This document shows positions 50,591-58,905 of a DNA stretch of 64,000 nt, one piece after another. Positions within the stretch are counted from its first letter, which is position 1. Each line of letters opens with the position of its first letter. Position numbers and translations under genes: made by a program. The notes beneath the pieces were generated by a model, which searched no databases, had not been told where the DNA came from, and worked only from the letters and a program-made list of their open reading frames with translations. The DNA comes from an uncultured Flavobacteriaceae bacterium (GTDB taxonomy: Bacteria; Bacteroidota; Bacteroidia; Flavobacteriales; Flavobacteriaceae). The stretch covers positions 116,165-180,164 of the forward strand of contig CANLXN010000009.1 of assembly GCA_947495135.1 (NCBI GenBank), written 5' to 3'.

Positions 50591-52237
50591 CTAGTTGTTT
50601 TGAGAAACATAAGAAGTGTTGTTATTTCCAACTTGGTTCACCGTACTTGAATGGTTGTCACCGTTTTGATCAACAGTACTTAAGTTATAGTCGCCCATTT
50701 GATAAACGGTGCTCATATGCTCTAAACCATCTTGATCTACTGTGCTTGAGTTAGCCATCCCATTTTGGTAAACGTCGCTAACATTCATATCGCCTGTTTG
50801 GGTAACTGCAGATGCATTAAGAGTTCCTGTTTGATCTACGTAAGATATATTCATATCTCCTGTTTGAGCGGTGCTCGATCCGTTGCTATTTCCGGTTTGG
50901 TCTACATAACTGGTATTCATGTAACCAACTTGCTCAGTAACTTGCGTGTTTAGGTCTCCGTATTGATCTACATAACTTGCGTTCATATCCCCAATTTGCA
51001 GAACGAAAGATCCGTTGTTGTTTCCATACTGCGCTACATTGGAAGTGTTTTCATATCCATACTGTCCTACACTAGATGCATTTCCATTACCAGTTTGGTT
51101 TACTTCGCTATAGTTAGCTTCACCTTCCTGATACGTTAAACTACCATTGTAATTTCCGGTTTGGTTGACATCGCTCAAGTTATAATCACCTTCTTGATCC
51201 ACCGTAGAGTAGTTGCCCTCTCCATTCTGCGCTACAGAAGACTCATTTGCTTCGCCATACTGATACACTTCAGATTCGTTGTAATCTCCATCTTGCGCTA
51301 CTAAAGAAACATTTTCATCTCCTGTTTGATCGGTATAGCTATCGTTATAGTTTCCAATTTGAGTAACGGCTGATGCATTATAATCGCCATACTGACTCGT
51401 ATAATTTGAGTTATAATCTCCTTCTTGCGCAACAATGCTGCTGTTATATGCTCCTTCCTGATAAACTTCAGAATCGTTAGCCTCTCCAACTTGCAGGACT
51501 AATGAAGCATTGTAATCACCATACTGATCTACTTCCGAGTAGTTATCCTCACCATCTTGACCAACTAAAGACAAGTTTTCATCCCCAGTTTGATACACAT
51601 TACTATCGTTATAGTTTCCAATTTGTACCACTGCAGACACATTGTAGTTTCCATCTTGTTCTGTATAACTTGTATTGTAATCTCCAGTCTGCGTTTCACT
51701 AGATGTATTGAAATCGCCGTACTGCTCTACTTCCGTCTCATTAGCGTTACCCAATTGATCTTGTGTAGAACTGTTGTAGTCACCTTCTTGGCTATTAAAT
51801 GCGTAATTATCATCTCCTGTTTGGTAAATGGCAGAATCGTTATAATCAGATCCATTGCTACCACCTTCTTGGTCAATGTGACCCTCATTGTCGTTTCCAG
51901 ATTGAGTTACTGAAGCAACGTTATAGTCGTTGTCGCCAGCACCAGAACCAAAACCTTGATGTATGTCTGCTTCGTTGTAATCTCCATTCTGAAGAACATC
52001 TGCTTCGTTACCATCACCGAGCTGATCTACATCACTGTTGTTATAGGCTCCAACCTGCTCTACATTAGCGTAGTTGTAATCTCCATATTGGTCTACAGTA
52101 GAACCATTATATGCTCCCACCTGATATACGTCTGAAACATTTTCGTTTCCAGTTTGTTGAACTGCGTTGTCATTAAATTGGGCGAAAGCTACTGCGCCGA
52201 TTAGCATTGCTGCTACACTTAAAATTCTCTTTTTCAT
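50591..52237 (-). CDS. csgA: Long major curlin 3, Tyr/Glu-enriched (548 aa)
   Basis: Same signal peptide and repeat frame; QYGDYN-type repeats; about 49 Tyr by manual count. Confidence 0.92.
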   Translation of the reverse strand: MKKRILSVAAMLIGAVAFAQFNDNAVQQTGNENVSDVYQVGAYNGSTVDQYGDYNYANVEQVGAYNNSDVDQLGDGNEADVLQNGDYNEADIHQGFGSGAGDNDYNVASVTQSGNDNEGHIDQEGGSNGSDYNDSAIYQTGDDNYAFNSQEGDYNSSTQDQLGNANETEVEQYGDFNTSSETQTGDYNTSYTEQDGNYNVSAVVQIGNYNDSNVYQTGDENLSLVGQDGEDNYSEVDQYGDYNASLVLQVGEANDSEVYQEGAYNSSIVAQEGDYNSNYTSQYGDYNASAVTQIGNYNDSYTDQTGDENVSLVAQDGDYNESEVYQYGEANESSVAQNGEGNYSTVDQEGDYNLSDVNQTGNYNGSLTYQEGEANYSEVNQTGNGNASSVGQYGYENTSNVAQYGNNNGSFVLQIGDMNASYVDQYGDLNTQVTEQVGYMNTSYVDQTGNSNGSSTAQTGDMNISYVDQTGTLNASAVTQTGDMNVSDVYQNGMANSSTVDQDGLEHMSTVYQMGDYNLSTVDQNGDNHSSTVNQVGNNNTSYVSQNN

Positions 52238-52409
52238 AAATGAGGTTTTAAAATTAAATTGATTAAAAAATATACTTAGTGTACTAATTCAATAAGTTAT
52301 GAGTGTATGTACCACTCTGGAGAATCCATCAGATTTGACTCTGAAAGACATTCCATTGCTTTTAGGATTTAAAATTTCGAGGAGAATTGGTATTCGTTGT
52401 AATCCTTTG

Positions 52410-52594
52410 CTGCGGTTCAAAGATGCTGCAAAAACTAATTCCCAGAATACGCGTATACACTTACCTACCGCGATTTTAACAATTTTTGTAGGAGAATACG
52501 GTGATTTTATTTTTCAACCCATCGACAGAAACGAATAAAAATCGGCCAAAAGCGCAAATTTGCAATTTTTGGCTAAATGTTAAAATTATGTAAA
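52410..52594 (-). promoter_or_regulatory. Curlin promoter module, copy 3
   Basis: TTCAAAGATG (minus CATCTTTG), ATACGCGTATACACTTA, TTGTAGGAG, ATCGACAGA, TGTTAA/TGTAAA at 52578/52589. Confidence 0.65.
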
Positions 52595-52981
52595 TTACCT
52601 ACAGTATCATTTTAAAAATGTAAAACCAACGTTTAAAAACTAAATTAATCGACAAAAAACACAGCCAACGCTTGCCTTTTTCTTAGAAAAATGACTAAAA
52701 AATCAATTATTACAAATGAAAGAAATAAAACGAATCGAAACCAGGTTCTTCTTGACGCTAAAAAAGCTCATTAATAATAGAAATGGAATGGAACATATTG
52801 GAACTATTATTACAACCGCTCCAAATCTGATTGTAAGACCAGGGTCCCTTTAGAGTTAGGATACGTTTCAACTTTTAGAATAGATTAGTTTCTTCAGTAT
52901 AACAGCTACTGGCTCATGGTTGGATCGATAGAGAAAGACCCTAAAGAAGTAAGAATCGAAAAATACGCAATATGATTGCAT

Positions 52982-53013
52982 AAAAAAAGAGCGACTCATT
53001 GCGAGTCGCTCTT
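52982..53013 (-). terminator. Terminator of curlin 4
   Basis: AAAAAAAGAGCGACTC-ATTGC-GAGTCGCTCTT; near-identical to the curlin 2 terminator. Confidence 0.85.
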
Positions 53014-53057
53014 GATACTGAAAACTAGAAAGCCTAAAACTTTCTCTAGAATAATTA

Positions 53058-55160
53058 TTAGTTGTTCTGAGTTACAGAAGAACTGTTGTTGTTTCCAATT
53101 TGGTTAACCGTACTTGTGTGGTTGTTACCGTTTTGGTCAACTGTACTTAAGTTGAAGTCTCCAACTTGGCTTACCGTACTCATGTGTTGGAATCCATCCT
53201 GATCTACTGTACTTGAGTTAGCCAAACCATCTTGGTCAACATCACTCATGTTCATGTCTCCTGTTTGAGTCACTGCAGATCCGTTAAGAGTTCCAGTTTG
53301 ATCAACATCAGATATGTTCATGTCTCCTACTTGAGTAGTGCTAGATCCGTTGCTGTTTCCGTTTTGAGAAACATCACTATCGTTAGAATCACCAATTTGC
53401 TGAGTTACTTGCGCATTTAAATCTCCAGTTTGAGCAACATCACTATCGTTTAAATCTCCAATTTGAAGAACGAAAGAGCTATTGTTGTTTCCAACCTGAT
53501 CAACATTAGAACCGTTATTGTTTCCAAATTGTCCTGTAGAAGAACCGTTACCGTTTCCAGTTTGGTTGACTAAGCTAAAGTTAGTATCTCCTTGTTGCAT
53601 AGTAAGGTTTCCGTTAGCGTTACCAATTTGAGCAACTGAACTATTGTTACCGTTTCCAGTTTGGTCTACATCACTGTTGTTAAAGTCTCCATCTTGCTCA
53701 ACATAAGAAATGTTATCATCTCCAAGCTGATCTACAGTAGAAGTGTTGTCGTTAGAATCAAAAGTCTGATAAACCTCAGAACGGTTACGATCTCCCGTTT
53801 GTTGAACAGAACTGTTGTTGTTGTTTCCAATGTATCCTTGGATAGCATAAGAGTAGTTATTGTCTCCAGTTTGATCTACATCAGAAACATTGTTGTCTCC
53901 TCTCTGCCCTAAAATAGCAGTGTTAGCATTTCCTGTTTGATCGGTATCGCTAATGTTGCTATCTCCAAATTGCCAAGTAAGACCGTAGTTATTGTCTCCT
54001 GTTTGAGTGATATCAGATTCTCCATTCGTAGATTCAAATCCAGCACCTAATATTGCGTTTCCTTGATCTACATCCACAACGTTTCCATTACCAAACTGAT
54101 CTACATCAGAATCGTTATCGTCTCCGTATGCTTCAACATCTGCAGTGTTATTGTCTCCTTGTTGGTTGATATCAGAATTGTTATCAAAACCACGTTGAGC
54201 CATTAAGCTTGTGTTATTGTCTCCCGTTTGATCTGTATCACTATCGTTGTCATCACCTTCTTGATACTCTGTAGAAACATTGCTGTTTCCTTCTTGATCT
54301 ACATTAGAATCGTTATCGTCTCCAATTTGATCTGTATCTGCAGCATTGAAGTTACCGTGCTGATCGATGTCAGAATCGTTTCCGTTTCCTAATTGATCAA
54401 TACTAGCAACGTTGTCGCTAGAAGTCCTTCCAGAACCGTCTGAGAAACGCTGATCGATATGACCATCGTTATCATCTCCTAATTGATATACAGTTGCATC
54501 GTTGTTGTTGTTTCCAGTTGGGCTAGAAAAACCACCTTGGTGTACATCTGAAGAGTTGTCATTTCCAAACTGCTCTACGAATGAGTTGTTCCCATCACCG
54601 TCTTGAATAACATCACTTACATTATCGTCTCCTTGCTGATCTACCCATGAACTATTTGCGTTCCCATCTTGATCTACATCAGATTCGTTTGTAACACCAA
54701 TTTGACCTACGAAAGAGAAGTTTCCGTCTCCGTCTTGATCTACATCACTGTCGTTAGCTGTACCATCCTGTCCTACGAAAGAAAAGTTACCATCGCCTGT
54801 TTGATCTACATCACTTACGTGATCGTTTCCACCTGCGAAATATCCTTGAAGTACTTCCGAAGAGTTGTTATCTCCGGTAGAAGTAACATCAGATTGGTTG
54901 TTTTCTCCAAATTGCTCTACAGTAGAAGTGTTAGCGTCTCCAACCTGATCTACATCAGAATCGTTAGATACACCAACTTGGTCTACGTCAGAACCGTTGT
55001 TGTCTCCTGTTTGATCAACAGTAGAAACGTTCGTCATTCCTGTTTGATCTACATCAGATCCATTACCTGAACCAGTCTGATTGACTGTGCTCACGTTAAA
55101 TTGTGCAAATGCTGTTGCTCCAATGAACAATGCCGCTGCACTTAATACTACTTTTTTCAT
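53058..55160 (-). CDS. csgA: Long major curlin 4 (700 aa)
   Basis: True start MKKVVLSAAALFIGATAFA at 55160; repeats end QNN. Confidence 0.92.
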   Translation of the reverse strand: MKKVVLSAAALFIGATAFAQFNVSTVNQTGSGNGSDVDQTGMTNVSTVDQTGDNNGSDVDQVGVSNDSDVDQVGDANTSTVEQFGENNQSDVTSTGDNNSSEVLQGYFAGGNDHVSDVDQTGDGNFSFVGQDGTANDSDVDQDGDGNFSFVGQIGVTNESDVDQDGNANSSWVDQQGDDNVSDVIQDGDGNNSFVEQFGNDNSSDVHQGGFSSPTGNNNNDATVYQLGDDNDGHIDQRFSDGSGRTSSDNVASIDQLGNGNDSDIDQHGNFNAADTDQIGDDNDSNVDQEGNSNVSTEYQEGDDNDSDTDQTGDNNTSLMAQRGFDNNSDINQQGDNNTADVEAYGDDNDSDVDQFGNGNVVDVDQGNAILGAGFESTNGESDITQTGDNNYGLTWQFGDSNISDTDQTGNANTAILGQRGDNNVSDVDQTGDNNYSYAIQGYIGNNNNSSVQQTGDRNRSEVYQTFDSNDNTSTVDQLGDDNISYVEQDGDFNNSDVDQTGNGNNSSVAQIGNANGNLTMQQGDTNFSLVNQTGNGNGSSTGQFGNNNGSNVDQVGNNNSSFVLQIGDLNDSDVAQTGDLNAQVTQQIGDSNDSDVSQNGNSNGSSTTQVGDMNISDVDQTGTLNGSAVTQTGDMNMSDVDQDGLANSSTVDQDGFQHMSTVSQVGDFNLSTVDQNGNNHTSTVNQIGNNNSSSVTQNN

Positions 55161-55392
55161 AATGTGAAGTTTTTTAAAAAAGGTTACTATACTAGTTGTA
55201 TGTAGCTGAAAAAGTTGTGAATTTTTCAGCATTTCAAATATTAGGATAAATATTTATTCCTACATACGTAGTAACACGTACTGTAGGAATACCCAATAAA
55301 TTAAATAGGAAATTACTGATAAAAAAGTCAATTTAATCGGTATAATTATATTTTTAATGGCTCAAAAACACAATTTCCTACAAAACCCTATA

Positions 55393-55409
55393 TGTTAAAT
55401 TTATGTTAA
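55393..55409 (-). promoter_or_regulatory. TGTTAA-N5-TGTTAA direct repeat upstream of curlin 4
   Basis: TGTTAAATTTATGTTAA; same 11-bp period as the other copies. Confidence 0.6.
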
Positions 55410-55706
55410 ATTAAAATTTGTTCATGTAGTCAACATTTTACCATCGACATAAGACATTCTTTTTCGCTCAAATGCATAATGTTTTCTTCTGAAATTTGCG
55501 AAAAACTCAAAAAAGAGCATCGAAAACATCAAATTCGAAATATTTCCTACAAAAAAATTAAATTTTACGAATGAAGACCTCCACTTTCGCATCCCTATAA
55601 ATGCGGGATACGCCATTCAAAAATGACATAACAAGGAAAATCTGTCACTACTCGCCCTACAAATCCGTAAAGAGTTGATATACAGAAATTTAAAAAAAGT
55701 AAACCA

Positions 55707-56065
55707 CCAGTTATTCGGTACTATGGACGAAGTATTGCCAACTCCTAGCTGTTATACATTACTAGAATGACTATTTGGAGTTTGAGATATCTCAGTGGTA
55801 TTTAAATGACCGCTTTGAAGTACATCCGCCTCATTAGCGCCACCCAAATCATCGGTATCTGCAGAATTATCATCCCCTAATTGACTAAATGAGAGCTATT
55901 AAAATCTCCTTGCTGATCTAGGATAGTGTACTTGCTCGCTCCTGTCTAATCTCTATCTGAAACATTAGTATCTCCAGGTTAAGTGGTCACTCGAGCATTG
56001 AGTTGAGCAAACAATGTTCCTCCAAATAATAAGAACAAGGGTGTACATATGGAAATCTTATGCAT
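55707..56065 (-). pseudogene. Degraded short curlin pseudogene
   Basis: MHKISICTPLFLLFGGTLFA|Q signal, then TT*PGDTNVSDRD*TG...DQQGDFNSS, a frameshift, QLGDDNSADTDDLGGANEADVLQSG...NV*QLGVGNTSSIVPNN. Two in-frame stops fall at repeat Gln positions. Confidence 0.8.
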
Positions 56066-56400
56066 AATGGCAGGTATTTTGGTTGAAGTATTTAACATCC
56101 AATTGTACTGCCATTTGATATATCCGCAAAGTTTCCAAGTGTTTTTACTGAAATGATCGACATTCAAAAAAAGGGATTCTCTCTTTTTTAACCGAAATTT
56201 TCGAAATCCAGTGATGGTTCTAAAAAAATACTTTCTGACCGACCCATGTGTAGAAAGAAATTCGTACCCAACCAATATAAACAGAGGAAAATTGAATTGT
56301 GAAAATTTCCGAAGAAATACGTTTTCAAATTCACCAACTTATATCCAAATTATCAATCGTCCATGGTATCCCCCCATCGTATATCACCAACTACTTTCAT

Positions 56401-56433
56401 AAAAAAAGCGGAAACCATTTCTGATTTCCGCCT
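56401..56433 (-). terminator. Terminator of curlin 5
   Basis: AAAAAAAGCGGAAA...TTTCCGCCTT. Confidence 0.7.
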
Positions 56434-56465
56434 TCTCAAAGTAAATAATATATTGGTAATATATC

Positions 56466-58388
56466 TTAGTTGTTTTGAGTAACTGTAGAACCATTCATGT
56501 TTCCAATCTGGTTTACTGTACTAGTGTGGTTGTTACCATTTTGACTTACATCACTGTTGTTCATGTTACCATCTTGTAACACAGTACTCATGTGAGAAAG
56601 ACCAGTTTGTCCAACAACACTTGTGTTATCGTCACCCATTTGATCTACATCTGAAGTATTCATATCTCCAGTCTGAACTACGTCTGAATCATTTCTGTCT
56701 CCAGTTTGGTCTACATCTGAAACATTCAGGTCTCCAGCTTGTTCAACATAACTTTCGTTATCGTCACCCATTTGATCTACCGTAGAAAGGTTGTCGTTAG
56801 ATCCAAAAGTTTGGTATACATAAGACTCGTTTCCGTCCCCTGTTTGCTGAACTGAACTATTGTTGTTATTTCCAACATATCCTTGAATAGCATAAGAGAA
56901 GTTATCGTCCCCTGTTTGATCCACATCAGAAACGTTGTTGTCTCCTCTTTGACCCAAGATAGCACTGTTACCATCCCCTGTTTGGTCGGTATCGCTAATG
57001 TTGCTATCTCCAAATTGCCATGTAAGACCGTAGTTGTTATCTCCTGTTTGAGTGATATCAGACTCACCATTAGTCGATTCAAATCCAGCTCCTAATCCTG
57101 AATTTCCTTGATCAACGTCTACTTCATTGTTGTCACCAATTTGATCTACATCAGAATTGTTATCGTCTCCAAATGCTTCAACATTAGAAATGTTGCTATC
57201 TCCTGTTTGATCTACTCTAGAGAAGTTTGCATCTCCTTGTTGGATCATAGTACTGGCGTTCATATCTCCAGTTTGCCAAGTGTAACTGTTGTTCAGGTCA
57301 CCTATTTGATCTTCATCTGAAGTGTTAGAATCACCAAATTGGTTGTTACGGCTAAAGTTGTTGTCTCCTGTTTGGTCAATTGTAGACATGTTCATGTCTC
57401 CAGACTGTTGGATCGTACCACTGTTAGAATCTCCTGTTTGAGTTACAGCTCCGTTGTTATCATCTGCACCGTCTGCAGAGAATAATTGGTAAACGTTACC
57501 ACTGTTTCCATTACCTGTTTGAGTAATAGCAGAAACATTGTTGTCGTTGTCCTCAGTAGAAACACCTGTTAAACCTTGCCAAGATACAGCAACGTTGTTA
57601 TCACCTGTTTGCATAACATCAGACTCATTTCCGTTACCTAATTGCTCAGTTAATGAAGTGTTAGAGTTTCCGTTTTGGTCAACATCAGAGTTGTTAGAGT
57701 CTCCTCTTACAATAAGATCTGCGCTATTAGAATCACCAAATTGATCTACCGTACTTACGTTAGAGTTTCCAGTTTGAGACATTGAATTAGCGTTGAAATC
57801 ACCAGACTGGCTTGTAAAGCTAGAGTTAGAGTCACCTATTTGATCCTCATCTGAAGCGTTGTTATCTCCATTTTGAATAACGAAAGAGGTGTTTAAGTTT
57901 CCAACTTGGTCTTGAGTAGAACCATTCATGTCACCTACTTGAGAATTATACCCAAAGTTATCATCTCCTGTTTGGTTAATTGCAGAGTTGTTATCGTCAG
58001 ACCCATCTGTATCACCGTACTGGTCGATGTGACCTGTGTTTCCATTCCCAGATTGAGTTACAGAACCTACGTTGTTGTCATTAATTGAAGCACCAGTACC
58101 AAAACCTTGGTGTACGTCTGCTTCGTTGTTATCTCCTGTTTGAAGAACATCGGCTTCGTTTCCGTTACCTAATTGATCTACGTCGTTGTTGTTAGAGACA
58201 CCTACCTGATCAACATCAGAATCGTTGCTGTCTCCTACTTGATCAACTGTAGAAGCGTTCGTCGCTCCTGTTTGGTCAACATCAGATCCGTTTCCGTTTC
58301 CTGTTTGATTGACAGTACTCACGTTAAATTGTGCAAAAGCCACTGCTCCAATGAACATAGCTGCTACACTTAATACTACTTTTTTCAT
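56466..58388 (-). CDS. csgA: Long major curlin 5 (640 aa)
   Basis: Same signal peptide as curlin 2; repeats end QNN. Confidence 0.92.
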   Translation of the reverse strand: MKKVVLSVAAMFIGAVAFAQFNVSTVNQTGNGNGSDVDQTGATNASTVDQVGDSNDSDVDQVGVSNNNDVDQLGNGNEADVLQTGDNNEADVHQGFGTGASINDNNVGSVTQSGNGNTGHIDQYGDTDGSDDNNSAINQTGDDNFGYNSQVGDMNGSTQDQVGNLNTSFVIQNGDNNASDEDQIGDSNSSFTSQSGDFNANSMSQTGNSNVSTVDQFGDSNSADLIVRGDSNNSDVDQNGNSNTSLTEQLGNGNESDVMQTGDNNVAVSWQGLTGVSTEDNDNNVSAITQTGNGNSGNVYQLFSADGADDNNGAVTQTGDSNSGTIQQSGDMNMSTIDQTGDNNFSRNNQFGDSNTSDEDQIGDLNNSYTWQTGDMNASTMIQQGDANFSRVDQTGDSNISNVEAFGDDNNSDVDQIGDNNEVDVDQGNSGLGAGFESTNGESDITQTGDNNYGLTWQFGDSNISDTDQTGDGNSAILGQRGDNNVSDVDQTGDDNFSYAIQGYVGNNNNSSVQQTGDGNESYVYQTFGSNDNLSTVDQMGDDNESYVEQAGDLNVSDVDQTGDRNDSDVVQTGDMNTSDVDQMGDDNTSVVGQTGLSHMSTVLQDGNMNNSDVSQNGNNHTSTVNQIGNMNGSTVTQNN

Positions 58389-58587
58389 AATTGTGAAGTT
58401 GTTAATAAAGGTTATAATACTTGTTAGTTGAACAGATAAGTGAGGTTACAATTATCTGTTGGTCAAATATCATAAGAATTATCAATTTTTAGGTACGTAC
58501 TAATACGTAGCCACCCATAAAAGAGGGTAAAACCGTAAGAAAAATGGTAGGAAAAATGCTTAATCAACGATTAATTATAAATTAGAA

Positions 58588-58639
58588 TCGATGAACTACA
58601 CAATTTTGATCGATGAAAGAAATGTTAATTTTATGTTAA
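58588..58639 (-). promoter_or_regulatory. TCGATGAA repeats plus TGTTAA-N5-TGTTAA upstream of curlin 5
   Basis: TCGAT at 58588/58610; TGTTAA at 58623/58634. Confidence 0.6.
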
Positions 58640-58905
58640 AATCTATAAATGAAACAAATTAGGTTTTTTTAATTCGCTGAAAGACAATCTTTACCGACAA
58701 CAGACCTGCTTTTTGTAAAAGAAATCTAAAGAAATACTAAACAGAAAGAAGTTTCTTACAAATAATACGCAATCGTAATAGCTTTACTATTACAAGTTGT
58801 AAGAAGTTACCTAGCATAAAACCGCAAAAAGCTATGTCTTTTTTTTCGCTATATATAGGTACAATTTAAACTTCAAAAATAGATGTCATTCAACTAGAAC
58901 TTAAC

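Noticed and set aside
52600-52980. Possible further pseudogene fragments in the spacers between curlins (also 47220-47630)
   Set aside because: Hand translation gave only short, stop-ridden frames with no QxGxxN pattern or other recognisable motif.
9577-55232. Long N-terminal extensions in the ORF track (e.g. 10245, 11831, 21510, 24251, 43503, 55232)
   Set aside because: Downstream ATGs give proper signal peptides or family starts and remove overlaps with promoters or neighbours.
55979-56275. 98-aa minus-strand ORF as an intact gene
   Set aside because: Only its last 28 codons are meaningful, as the signal peptide of the curlin pseudogene; the rest is upstream non-coding DNA.
45403-58388. 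Many plus-strand V/I/S/Y-rich ORFs and periodic DNA repeats
   Set aside because: These are antisense shadows of curlin codons. The repeats are 33/66-bp coding units without unique spacers or cas genes, so this is not a CRISPR array.
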